Both the position numbers and the translations under genes were made by a program. Below, in pieces: positions 18,895 through 27,652 of a stretch of 64,000 bases of DNA (positions within the stretch are counted from its first letter, which is position 1; every line of letters starts with the position of its first letter). The notes beneath the pieces are model-generated. The model was given only the letters and a program-made list of their open reading frames with translations. It had not been told where the DNA came from and made no database searches. This DNA is from a virus (taxonomy: Duplodnaviria; Caudoviricetes), in IMG/VR virus record IMGVR_UViG_3300037088_000559, positions 1,370 to 65,369 of that record, one strand, 5' to 3'.

Positions 18895-19493
18895 GCCGTC
18901 CTCCTTTCTCTCAGACATTTGCAACCCAATGTTCCCCATTGTGCAGCCATGGCGTCAGCGATTCCCTGATAGGTCCGGCTCCGATTCTTCCAACGGCCAG
19001 GAGAGGGAGGTTCTCTCCACATCCTGCCGTTCCGGCCTTCCACGATGTTGGTCGGTTCCAGATTGGAAAGGTTTTTGAGCCAGAGACACGTTGCCTTTGT
19101 CTCGCCATGTCCGAACATCCACGGTTGGATTATCTGGTCGGGTTTGCGCCAACGAGTAGACATGATGCCAATCGGATTTTCAATCGCAATGCGCCCAATC
19201 GTCGAGCAGGCAATCTCCAAAAAGAATTTAACAGCGGCATCCTGGTATTTGATTCTATCCTCTGACCTTTTGAACCATCTCGCCCCCGACACAGCAAGAT
19301 AGGTACAAGGAGGAAACGCAATCATCAGGTCAAATGCCGGTTTGTGTAATACCAGTAAATCGCGGCAGTCGCCTTCAATGTGTGGGCCTTCACGCTCGCT
19401 TGGAAGCAAGTCACACGACCAAGCATCATGCCCGAGCGCCCGGAAAGCCTCACGGACTATTCCTGAGAATTCACACGCGATTAAAACTCTCAC
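18891..19493 (-). CDS. DNA cytosine methyltransferase-like protein
   Basis: VLIACEFSG, SCD, catalytic PPC, IENP, QPWMFG, RSRTY. Confidence 0.8.
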   Translation of the reverse strand: MRVLIACEFSGIVREAFRALGHDAWSCDLLPSEREGPHIEGDCRDLLVLHKPAFDLMIAFPPCTYLAVSGARWFKRSEDRIKYQDAAVKFFLEIACSTIGRIAIENPIGIMSTRWRKPDQIIQPWMFGHGETKATCLWLKNLSNLEPTNIVEGRNGRMWREPPSPGRWKNRSRTYQGIADAMAAQWGTLGCKCLRERRTA

Positions 19494-19506
19494 AGTCCTC
19501 CCTGAA

Positions 19507-19704
19507 TCAACCTGGCCGCGGTGGCCGGACTTGTTGAAGTTGGTCGATTATCTCCGGCCATCCTTCCCGTACAACCAACCATTTAGCCCCACCAAATATG
19601 CTATATCCGCGAATTAAAATTCGGCAATGCTCGAACATGATAATGTTCTCGATTAGAACGATTACTTTGGCGGCATTTGGTTTGGTAAGAGTTATCGTTT
19701 TCAT
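19507..19704 (-). CDS. Small hypothetical protein
   Basis: AAGGA RBS; last codons lie within repeat A. Confidence 0.5.
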   Translation of the reverse strand: MKTITLTKPNAAKVIVLIENIIMFEHCRILIRGYSIFGGAKWLVVREGWPEIIDQLQQVRPPRPG

Positions 19705-19789
19705 GTTGTCCTTTCACGCCGCACCGCAGCCAGCCTGGCTCAAGCTCCTTCCGCGTGCGCTTCTCTACTCCGCAAGCTTTGTGGAATGC

Positions 19790-20023
19790 TCATGCTTCAC
19801 AAGTTGGCAGCACGCACTTTACAAAATAGAGGAAGTGCTTTTCTAACGTGCCGCCAATCAATACGCATACAGTGCACACGCGAAAGATGCTGAGCAATTC
19901 CCCTAATTGTTGAGAATCTGCGGAGGCAGGAATCCGAGTTTGCATATCTGTAAAGCGGGCAAATCCTTGCTTGCACAACTGATTCACTATCTCTCGGTCG
20001 CAATAACTTTGACATAATCCCAT
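19790..20023 (-). CDS. Small Cys-rich hypothetical protein
   Basis: GGGAG upstream; 77 aa. Confidence 0.4.
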   Translation of the reverse strand: MGLCQSYCDREIVNQLCKQGFARFTDMQTRIPASADSQQLGELLSIFRVCTVCVLIGGTLEKHFLYFVKCVLPTCEA

Positions 20024-20038
20024 CTCCCTTCGATTGAA

Positions 20039-20332
20039 TCAGGAAAACTTTGCCGCAATGAGTTCGTCAGCCTGTTTCTTAATGCGAGGGTCATCTATAG
20101 GCACTCCTAGTTTTCTCCAACCGTTCTTCTCGAACTCGACCAACTCTTCGCGGACTTCTTTGGCGTTCAAAGTAAGGAAGAGTTTTAAGAGGTCCACGGC
20201 CAGAGACTCGTATAGGGCCTGAAAATACTCCTGATGGATGGATGGGGGTACAATCTTTCCGGTAGCATCCTGCCATTCTGAGTACGCTCCTTCTCTGTCA
20301 ACCATTCTTGCTATTTTCTCGACTATATTCAT
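20039..20332 (-). CDS. Hypothetical protein
   Basis: GGAGG RBS from repeat A; 97 aa. Confidence 0.6.
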   Translation of the reverse strand: MNIVEKIARMVDREGAYSEWQDATGKIVPPSIHQEYFQALYESLAVDLLKLFLTLNAKEVREELVEFEKNGWRKLGVPIDDPRIKKQADELIAAKFS

Positions 20333-20468
20333 GCCGTCCTCCCTGAATCAACCTGGCCGCGGTGGCCGGATTCCCCACTCGGCTTCCCCCTAATGGACAT
20401 CTCCCACCTCCAACCCGGCGATGCCACGCCGCACCGCAGCCAGATTGACTCAAGATCCTTTCGCGGAC

Positions 20469-20738
20469 TTAGACTTCTCCGCCCTCACCTTCTGCAGCCG
20501 GAATAAATAAGTGTGCCATGGCTCGTTCTCCCGTAGCCACGGCAGCAAGTAACGGTGCATCGTCGTCTCCTTCCACGTGCTGCCAGAACTGGTGGGCTTG
20601 GTTGGGGGCCGGGATTGATTCCGGCTTTGGTTCGACCCACCAACCTAGTGTGCCTGCCAGGGCCTGAGCCTTATGTTCTTTCCGGCACACGATCAGGCGT
20701 ATCCTTCTACGCCGCACCCAACCTTGCCCATATCTCAA
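20469..20738 (-). CDS. Hypothetical protein
   Basis: 89 aa, coupled to the upstream gene. Confidence 0.4.
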   Translation of the reverse strand: MRYGQGWVRRRRIRLIVCRKEHKAQALAGTLGWWVEPKPESIPAPNQAHQFWQHVEGDDDAPLLAAVATGERAMAHLFIPAAEGEGGEV

Positions 20739-21073
20739 TCCTGCTTCACTTCCTTGGCCTTCTCGTAGGAAGTTACGGCTTGTCGAAGGCCCTCAACGTA
20801 AATTTCTGTTCGCTCGGGATCGGGTTCTCCGCAACGCGCTAATTCAGTCAGGATGTTTTCAGCAGTATCTTTCAGCCTATCGGCCGCCTCCAGCCTCTCG
20901 GTCATCGCGGCAAGGACAGTGTTCAGGTGATCGATTTCGGCACGGAGGATTTCTTTCCCTGCTTTGAACGCCTCATAGGCCGTCTTTGCTGTCCGATACC
21001 TCGGCTTCGCGTCCATTCCGGCTATGAGGAAATTCTCTGACCACCATTTGTCGAACTCAGGACAATCGCTCAC
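20735..21073 (-). CDS. Hypothetical coiled-coil protein
   Basis: EFDKWW start, GAGGGAAG RBS. Confidence 0.55.
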   Translation of the reverse strand: MSDCPEFDKWWSENFLIAGMDAKPRYRTAKTAYEAFKAGKEILRAEIDHLNTVLAAMTERLEAADRLKDTAENILTELARCGEPDPERTEIYVEGLRQAVTSYEKAKEVKQD

Positions 21074-21099
21074 GCTTGGCTTCCCTCTACTCCGCCGAC

Positions 21100-21798
21100 T
21101 CAGGTATAAATCGCCGCCTCGGGCTCCTCCCAGATCGTTAAGCCTTTAATCTGGCGTATCCCCGCTTTCACCACGCGTCGTATCTTGGCTTCGTCGAGCA
21201 TCAGGTACTCGGGATCAACATCGTCGATTTTGGCGGCAAGCTTGAACTTCGGGACCATACGGGTAGCAGCGGCGGCCGATTCGGTTTGTACGCCCGCTTG
21301 GTAGGAAACGGCCCCGGGTTCGGGCGGGGGGACGAAGGCGTTTCCGGTTTTGGCCGCTTTCTGCTCAGCCTTGGCGAATTGGTGTTCGTACGCTTCCGCA
21401 TCGATACGGACCCTCTCGTCGGCTCGGCGCTTCTCTTCCCGCAGGTACGTGTTGAGTTTGGTACGGCCTGCGTCCTCCGCTTCTTGCGCTGGCCCGGTGA
21501 TCTTCTTGAAGAACGAGTTGATGAATTTAACGTGTTCGTTGAGCGGATCAACGAAGCGTTTACGGATCGCTTCGGTCGTTTTGAAGACCCGTATACACTG
21601 GGCGATCAAATCGGTCATCGCCTCGGACGACTTCTGATCGGTGACCGCAAGCGAATCGATCTTGCGGCGAATCGGCGGGGTCCCGGACGACGCGGCTAAA
21701 ACTGCGGGATCGCGTTTGATAATCGCCAGATCCGAGGTCAAGGCGGGAACTTCAACCGCGGCTTTGGCGCCAGACGGCTTGGTTGCGACGGTTTTCAT
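21100..21798 (-). CDS. Coiled-coil phage protein of recombination modules
   Basis: RKRFVDPLN...INSFFK...IKGLTIWEE pattern; AAGGAGG RBS. Confidence 0.65.
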   Translation of the reverse strand: MKTVATKPSGAKAAVEVPALTSDLAIIKRDPAVLAASSGTPPIRRKIDSLAVTDQKSSEAMTDLIAQCIRVFKTTEAIRKRFVDPLNEHVKFINSFFKKITGPAQEAEDAGRTKLNTYLREEKRRADERVRIDAEAYEHQFAKAEQKAAKTGNAFVPPPEPGAVSYQAGVQTESAAAATRMVPKFKLAAKIDDVDPEYLMLDEAKIRRVVKAGIRQIKGLTIWEEPEAAIYT

Positions 21799-21836
21799 TA
21801 TGAGCCTCCTTTTAAGGCGTTGGTGGGCCAGGGTTA

Positions 21837-21875
21837 AGGAAGCCCCGGCAACCCGACGTTAACGCGGGGCTTCCT
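21837..21875. terminator. Intergenic hairpin (terminator or processing site)
   Basis: AGGAAGCCCCG ... CGGGGCTTCCT, 11-bp perfect inverted repeat. Confidence 0.55.
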
Positions 21876-21909
21876 ACACATGAGAAGCGGGGCAGAGCCA
21901 ACACGTCCT

Positions 21910-21932
21910 AAATTGCGGTTAACCTCCACAAC
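21910..21932 (-). repeat. 23-bp element, copy 1 (copy 2 at 46626-46648)
   Basis: GTTGTGGAGGTTAACCGCAATTT read on the minus strand. Confidence 0.85.
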
Positions 21933-21950
21933 CTCGGTCGAGGGGTTAGC

Positions 21951-22869
21951 TTACGCCTCCCACGCGAACACGTATCCCGACTTCCCGTTGAACGGCTTCA
22001 ACATCTTCTGCCTGGGGTCGTCGAGGACCGACGGAGCGAGTACCCCCTGGACGCGCAAGTTATTCGCGAACGCCGGGTCTTGCGGGTTGCGGTCTTTCCG
22101 GCATAAAGCGATCACCCGCACACCGACGAGAATCGCGTTGGTGATCTCGAACCACGAGTCAACGCTATCCGGGGCCGCGTCGATACCGAGTTGTTTACGC
22201 GTGTGACCCTGCTCCGTACCGATCGCCATCAACTTCTGCATCACCGCCGTCTTGTCCCCCGAGGCGACATTGCGGAGGTATTGGTTGAGCTGCATATTCC
22301 CCTTGACCGGGGGCGTCGCGTCCCGATCACCCTCCTCGTTGGGCAGCGTACCCTCGGGGCCCGCCACGACCTCCATGAAGTTGGTCACGAACAGCGGAGG
22401 GAGCCAAATCGTGAAGTTGTCCTCGCGGTCGTTATCCTCGAATCGAAGCTTGAGGATCGCGGCGACGGCGCCGGAATCGAAATCCCTGCGCTCGAAGCCC
22501 TCGACTTGGGCGAGGTGGGCGGTGGGGTTGGGCGGGGGGAGCTTGACGGCGGGGGTGGGGATAAGATCGTCCGATTCGTCAACGGGCACATTCCCGGTGG
22601 AATCGGGCTCGGAGGATCCCGATTGGCCTGTGACGAGTCGTCCCTGGTACGTGGAATCGGGCTGGTCCTGCGGCGTCTCCTCATATACGATCTCGCCCTC
22701 GACAGGCTCGGGATCGGGGAGAGGCGGGGCGGGGGTGGGGGCGACGGGCTTGCGGAATACGGCGGGCGCCAGCGCGGGTTTGACGGGTTTGGTTACGGCG
22801 GGCCTGGCAGGGGGCGCAGGGGCCGGTTTGGTTACGATAGGTGATGCTTTCTTGACCAGCTTGGGCATA
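21951..22869 (-). CDS. Putative ssDNA-binding protein with long disordered N-terminus
   Basis: Follows the Sak4-like ATPase; Pro-rich N-terminus, beta-rich C-terminus; AAGGAG RBS. Function inferred from synteny; start approximate. Confidence 0.5.
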
Positions 22870-22914
22870 TGCCACACTCCTTTGAGTTATAGAGTTACGT
22901 ACGTTGGTACATCG

Positions 22915-23130
22915 TTAACGAAACTTACGGTTGCGCATTAAATACGCGCTTACAGCAGTCATAGGGCCTATTCCCGGCGTCGCCGTATGTTTCTCTCGCC
23001 AATGTTTCTTCCATTCACGTTCGTCCTTCGTCGAGAACAGACAAGCCGGACAGGCGAAGATATGCCGCTTTTTCCATTGGTAGCGGCTCTTGTGTTGATG
23101 CAAAGTCGCGCCCTTAAAAGCGTGCTGCAT
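22915..23130 (-). CDS. C2H2 zinc-finger protein
   Basis: FACPACLFSTKDEREWKKHWREKH. Confidence 0.6.
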   Translation of the reverse strand: MQHAFKGATLHQHKSRYQWKKRHIFACPACLFSTKDEREWKKHWREKHTATPGIGPMTAVSAYLMRNRKFR

Positions 23131-23131
23131 A

Positions 23132-24118
23132 CTATTCCTCCGTTGTGCGAACCTTCTCCCAGAACGCGCGTAGATCCAAAGGCTCGCGTAACGCCAGCAA
23201 AGGTTGCTTCCCCTTCTCCACCTTACAGTATTGCAGGGGGAGTTTATGCTTGGCGAATATACGGCGCATTTTCGTCGCCTCTTTGCCGGTTTTGGGGTCT
23301 TGGTATCGGAAGGGTATCTCGATCTCCGTGGTCACGAGCTTGTAATGATCGTCGATGTAAAGCACAAACTCAAAGTCTGTATCGACCATATTGCCCATCT
23401 TGGGGGGCAAATCCGGCCAGATTCGCTCGTTACCGTCGATCTGCGAGGGGAAGCTAACCGCCATCGCCACGCACCCGAAGTGCATGGGCTTATCGAGGAC
23501 GCCACGTATGATATCCTTCATCGCGTCTTTGGCGGCTCGATGTATCTGCCGGAGATCCTTAACCTCGCGCTCGTTCCCCGCCGCGTCCACGGTCGTCTCG
23601 CTATCCTCCAGGATCATATCCTTAAGCTGGGTGAGATCATCGAGCATCAGGTAACGGTCGGTCAACTTCGCCCACTCGGGCCACAGAGCCTCGGGATGCA
23701 GTAACGCCTCCTGGGCCTTATCGAGTGTCGGACAGTGAGCGATCTCCTTATATCCCAAATCGCGTAGGGGCAGCATCTGCTCTTTACGGCGCAGGAGGAC
23801 TATACGCGTGTGATCAGGATCGGAGAATAACGCCGCCGTCGTCGTCTTGTAGCGCGACGTCTCGGCGTACAAGACGAAGCGGAAGTAACTCTGGGTTAGA
23901 GACGAAGCATCGAATAACTCGATCTTGGAGCGTAGGGACGTGGCGACGGGGCGTACGGCGGTTGCGGCGTTGACTTGCCGGCGGAGCAACGTTCCCGTTG
24001 ATATCAGGGGCTTGGCCGTACCCAACTTGGGAACGTTCGTACCCGGAGCGGGGACAGCGCGACCGACGATTAACGGCTGGGGCGCGATCTTACGCAAGGG
24101 TAGGGGAATGGTAGACAT
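23132..24118 (-). CDS. AAA_24 / Sak4-like ATPase
   Basis: FVLYAETSRYKTT (variant Walker A), LMLDDLT (Walker B), FEFVLY; lies between nuclease and SSB-like genes. Confidence 0.75.
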   Translation of the reverse strand: MSTIPLPLRKIAPQPLIVGRAVPAPGTNVPKLGTAKPLISTGTLLRRQVNAATAVRPVATSLRSKIELFDASSLTQSYFRFVLYAETSRYKTTTAALFSDPDHTRIVLLRRKEQMLPLRDLGYKEIAHCPTLDKAQEALLHPEALWPEWAKLTDRYLMLDDLTQLKDMILEDSETTVDAAGNEREVKDLRQIHRAAKDAMKDIIRGVLDKPMHFGCVAMAVSFPSQIDGNERIWPDLPPKMGNMVDTDFEFVLYIDDHYKLVTTEIEIPFRYQDPKTGKEATKMRRIFAKHKLPLQYCKVEKGKQPLLALREPLDLRAFWEKVRTTEE

Positions 24119-24132
24119 CGTGAGATCCTCCT

Positions 24133-24450
24133 CTATTTCCAGTTGGCGAATATCTTACGCGCTTCCTCGACGCTGATCTCTCCGCAGGCTAGTCTTTCCA
24201 GAACTGCGGCCTTGCCGAGAATCTCCTCTTCGGTGATAGGCGGAGGCGTTTCTAGGCAAAGCTTCACGGACAACGCGTCAGCAACGAGCGAAGACGGAGC
24301 CACGAGAAAGGCAAGCCGTACTTCCGGTAGCTCTGGGCAACTTGCAACAACAATCTCTTGGTTGGGGCGGCGAAGGAATTTAACGTGGGATGGAAACTGC
24401 GCCTCAATCATACCTAGTGTATCTATAGTTAATTCGATAATTGAGGACAT
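24133..24450 (-). CDS. Hypothetical protein
   Basis: 105 aa; AAGGG upstream. Confidence 0.5.
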   Translation of the reverse strand: MSSIIELTIDTLGMIEAQFPSHVKFLRRPNQEIVVASCPELPEVRLAFLVAPSSLVADALSVKLCLETPPPITEEEILGKAAVLERLACGEISVEEARKIFANWK

Positions 24451-24504
24451 CCCTTAGCTACCCCTTTCCGCTGTGGAATCGCGCGCATAGTGACGATCAA
24501 TACG

Positions 24505-24660
24505 TTAAAGTGTACGCTTTGTGGCGAGCGAAGTCAAGTAAATTCCCGCCGTTTGCGCCAGAGCCTCCGCCACGCGCCAGAGCACGCAGGCGAAGATTAC
24601 CAGGAACGGCGTCCAGAGGAGCACGACGAAGACGATAAGGAACAGGTTAAAACGGGTCAT
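24505..24660 (-). CDS. 51-aa membrane peptide
   Basis: MTRFNLFLIVFVVLLWTPFLVIFACVLW...; ATGA overlap with upstream gene; AAGGAG RBS. Confidence 0.5.
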   Translation of the reverse strand: MTRFNLFLIVFVVLLWTPFLVIFACVLWRVAEALAQTAGIYLTSLATKRTL

Positions 24661-24938
24661 TTGTTACGCTCCTTTTCTTCCACGGCACGTAAGGCCGCCC
24701 ATAGTAAATCGCGCGTATCCATCGCCTCAACGAGCGCCATCAGCCACTCCCGCGTACGTTGATAGATCGCATCCCGCTCCGGGTCGGCGTGGAAGGGAAC
24801 GGGGCCGCAACTTTTGATCGCGCCGGCGAGCAGCGTTTCAGCTTCTTCGTAGGCTTTCCGCAGCACGGTAACGCGCTCAGACGCTTTTTGGTAAGCCGTA
24901 TATGCTTTCATCCAGCGCTCACGGCGATTATTCGGCAT
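24657..24938 (-). CDS. Hypothetical coiled-coil protein
   Basis: 93 aa; GGAGGG RBS. Confidence 0.55.
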   Translation of the reverse strand: MPNNRRERWMKAYTAYQKASERVTVLRKAYEEAETLLAGAIKSCGPVPFHADPERDAIYQRTREWLMALVEAMDTRDLLWAALRAVEEKERNK

Positions 24939-25961
24939 TTACTTACCCTCCTTCATAATACGGTAGAATTCAGCGAGCCCGCTGTGCGTACTACCGCCGA
25001 TCTGAAGCGCCAAGTCGTTAGTCTCCTCACGTCGGCCGAGCCCTTTGGTGATACGCCACTTCTCATGGCACGTGGCCCAAGTCTTATAGGAAGACGCGGA
25101 GAGGATCACGGTACGGGCATCACGCTTTAGCCGCGCCAGGCCAAACTTCTCCAGGTAATCGAACTCGTCGGAATCGGGATCGTAAACGCGGTACGGACCA
25201 GTAAAGTATGCGTGTGTGCGGCAAGTTTCGAGGAAAGAACAATCGTGCCCGTATTGATGGAAGCATTGGCCGCCCGTATGCTGCCACGGGAGACCCGTGT
25301 CCTTCGCACGTAACGCACGGATGACACGCGCGGCGTTAAGATAGGCGATTCTCGCGGCTTCGATATCTCCGGCGTCGTATTCATACAAACCTGCCTCCGT
25401 TTTCGCGTACTCGTTCTCGCCGGGCCAGAAATCGGGGGGAGACTTCTTAACCGCGGCGCGTACCCGGACCCGCACGCTGGAGAGTCTCGCCGCATCTTTG
25501 ATCATGAACGGGGCGAGACCGCGCTTAAGCGCGAGCCGACCGTATTTGGCGGCTAAGGCGTACGTCGGTAACTGTATCCCCGAGGTGATCTCACTCAGCC
25601 ACTTACGCTCGCCCCAAGCCCACGGCCCTGGGCGATCCGACTCTGCCCGCGCCGTCTTCCACTCGTTCACCACGTATACGCCGTCGTCGGGATCGTAGCT
25701 AATACGGTCGATTACGCCAACGGCGAACGTGTAAGAATCGAGTTGAACGTTGAACGCCGCCTCTACCGCCATCGTGCGCTCCTGGCGATCGTGGTCCTCG
25801 AAGCGGTCGATCCAGCAGCCAACGAGTTCAGCGGCGGTTTCGACGGCGGAGGGAGAAGCGCCGGGGTGCGATTCGATAGCGCGCTGGATACGGGTCAGGG
25901 CGGCGCGGTTGGTACGGATCGAGGTGTGGGGGATTGACGGTTGCATTCGTCGATTTGACAT
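24939..25961 (-). CDS. PD-(D/E)XK Cas4/AddB-like exonuclease, circularly permuted
   Basis: AVE, GVIDRI, NEWKT, QLPTY and a three-Cys cluster; the usual N-terminal LSxS..C..G..H block is at the C-terminus. Confidence 0.85.
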   Translation of the reverse strand: MSNRRMQPSIPHTSIRTNRAALTRIQRAIESHPGASPSAVETAAELVGCWIDRFEDHDRQERTMAVEAAFNVQLDSYTFAVGVIDRISYDPDDGVYVVNEWKTARAESDRPGPWAWGERKWLSEITSGIQLPTYALAAKYGRLALKRGLAPFMIKDAARLSSVRVRVRAAVKKSPPDFWPGENEYAKTEAGLYEYDAGDIEAARIAYLNAARVIRALRAKDTGLPWQHTGGQCFHQYGHDCSFLETCRTHAYFTGPYRVYDPDSDEFDYLEKFGLARLKRDARTVILSASSYKTWATCHEKWRITKGLGRREETNDLALQIGGSTHSGLAEFYRIMKEGK

Positions 25962-25996
25962 GCGTATAATATACTCGCGTTACAAAACGCTGTCAA
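25941..25996. promoter_or_regulatory. Overlapping divergent sigma70-type promoters
   Basis: Minus strand TTGACA-17-TATATT (25996-25968); plus strand TTGCAT-18-TATAAT (25941-25970). Confidence 0.7.
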
Positions 25997-26029
25997 GTTT
26001 TATTTTGGCCGCCAAAAAGGAGCCCGCCA

Positions 26030-26236
26030 ATGATCGTCAAGGAGCCGGAGATCAATCCCAAGTTACGCGAGACGCTGCTCGATACCAACGAACTTGCCCT
26101 AGAGCTGAACGTCGGTCCGTCTACGGTGCGCGTGTGGGTCAGCCGTAAGCTCGTCCCGTATGTCCAATGGGGAAAGCGGATATACTTCGTGCGGGAACAC
26201 CTTCCCTTAATCAAGATGCGTATGTTGATGCGTTGA
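26030..26236 (+). CDS. Excisionase/MerR-like HTH DNA-binding protein
   Basis: LLDTNELALELNVGPSTVRVWVSRKLVP...GKRIYF; AAGGAG RBS. Confidence 0.85.
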   Translation: MIVKEPEINPKLRETLLDTNELALELNVGPSTVRVWVSRKLVPYVQWGKRIYFVREHLPLIKMRMLMR

Positions 26237-26264
26237 ACCGAATCACCGATTAAGGAGCCCGTCG

Positions 26265-27413
26265 ATGCCCGATACGCCCGTTAAACCGAAGCTGCCTTCA
26301 GATCGTTACGTCAAGTCTCTCAAGCCGTTTATCTTCGATCCCACGGCCCCGCGTCTACCCTCGGATTTTATCTATGAATACTTCCTCAAGCCAAGCGCGA
26401 CCATAGTATGGCTGGGTCGGGAGAAGCACCGCAAGACAAACCTCGTTCTACAACTTGCGATGTGCGTGGCGCTGGGGCGTGATTTCCTATGGATGAAGTA
26501 CCGCCGGGAGAAGCCCATTCGCGCCGTGTTCTTTGATTACGAGTCGAGTACCGAGGGTCTGCAAATGCGCTATGACGCGCTATGTCAAGCAATGAAGTTA
26601 TCCGATGAGGAACGTATTACTTTAAGGACTAACCTTAAGATTATCGCGTTGCACCGGGTAAGCGAAGAAGGCAACGAGATACCCCACTTCCCCGCAAAGG
26701 AAAGCGCCGTCGAAATTGAACTTGGCTGGTGGCGCCAACAGATCGCGGATAACCCGGCCGAGATGTACATTATCGATCCATTGCGGTCCTTCCATATGTC
26801 CGACGAGAACGACTCGACGATTAGTAACCTCCTCACGAAGATCCGCCGGCTGTTCCGTAAGTCGCTCGTGGTTGTTACTCACCATATGCGAAAAGACAAC
26901 TTCGCGCGGGAGACGGCGGTTACACTCGCCGACGACATGCGGGCTTGGTCGGATGGCGCCAGGGGATCGAGCGCGATTAAAGCCGCCGCGGATATCATCG
27001 TTTGCCAGGAGCGAGTCAGCGACGACGGGAACGAGGTCGTGTGGCTGGGGGCGTATATGAAGGACGGCCCGGAGATTATGCCGACTCCGTTAGAGGAAAC
27101 CGACGCTGTATCGTTCTACTGGCAAATGGCCTCGTCAATGCCAGGACACTTACGGTCAACCGTTGAACTCCTCAAGCGCCAAGGAACATTCAAGGCATAC
27201 AGTGACGCGCGGAAACTTCTCGTGACTCTCGGAATGAAACGGGCCACGGCGTACCTACACCTGGAGGAGCTAAAGCAGAAAGGCTTCTTCATTCAAGGGG
27301 CGTCGGGTGCGTGGGTACTACGCGGGATTGCGGTTCCAGCGCCTACCGCAGCACAAGCGAGGTCGATCTGCCGGAGTCTCCTCGGTGAGTTCGACGAGCC
27401 CGTAGTCCTGTAG
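26265..27413 (+). CDS. AAA_25 RepA-like replicative helicase with possible C-terminal winged helix
   Basis: GREKHRKT, FDYE, IIDPL, THHMRK, GARGSSAI. Confidence 0.82.
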   Translation: MPDTPVKPKLPSDRYVKSLKPFIFDPTAPRLPSDFIYEYFLKPSATIVWLGREKHRKTNLVLQLAMCVALGRDFLWMKYRREKPIRAVFFDYESSTEGLQMRYDALCQAMKLSDEERITLRTNLKIIALHRVSEEGNEIPHFPAKESAVEIELGWWRQQIADNPAEMYIIDPLRSFHMSDENDSTISNLLTKIRRLFRKSLVVVTHHMRKDNFARETAVTLADDMRAWSDGARGSSAIKAAADIIVCQERVSDDGNEVVWLGAYMKDGPEIMPTPLEETDAVSFYWQMASSMPGHLRSTVELLKRQGTFKAYSDARKLLVTLGMKRATAYLHLEELKQKGFFIQGASGAWVLRGIAVPAPTAAQARSICRSLLGEFDEPVVL

Positions 27414-27444
27414 CTCAAGGTTTTAACTTTCTCCGACCCGGATA

Positions 27445-27652
27445 TGTTGGACGGTACGTTAGAATCGAGGCTATCTTATGTGGACTCAGTTAGTTAACCC
27501 GTCCAACTGTCTAATTGGACGCTGGACAGACGGGGTTGGATGGTTCGACAGTGAGACCGTCCAAGTCGTCCAAGTCCGTCTAAGCCTCGTCTACCTTAAA
27601 GTCTAAGTAGTAAGTATATATAATAATATATACTTACCTTATCTGTCCAACT
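27445..27652. other. Putative replication origin (iterons plus AT-rich palindrome)
   Basis: At least nine GTCYAA/TTGGAC hexamers; GTAAGTATATA-N6-TATATACTTAC at 27610-27637; non-coding, directly after the helicase. Confidence 0.65.

Larger units (their letters stand above)
19495..20465. repeat. Two interleaved direct repeats: A (35 bp) and B (41 bp)
   Basis: A 19495-19529 = 20336-20370 (identical); B 19715-19755 vs 20425-20465 (36/41). Confidence 0.85.

Noticed and set aside
21800-21950. tRNA or known ncRNA
   Set aside because: Hairpins are present but no cloverleaf, T-loop or acceptor stem; no tRNA was recognised anywhere in the window.
22252-22941. Plus-strand 229-aa ORF sharing EDPDWPVTSRPWYV with the DHH protein
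   Set aside because: It is antisense to a real gene; the peptide match results from the 42-bp inverted insertion.
26030-26236. Lysogeny module implied by the excisionase-like HTH
   Set aside because: No integrase, att site or CI-like repressor was seen.
27445-27652. CRISPR-like array
   Set aside because: The repeats are hexamers in mixed orientation with irregular spacing and no spacers.
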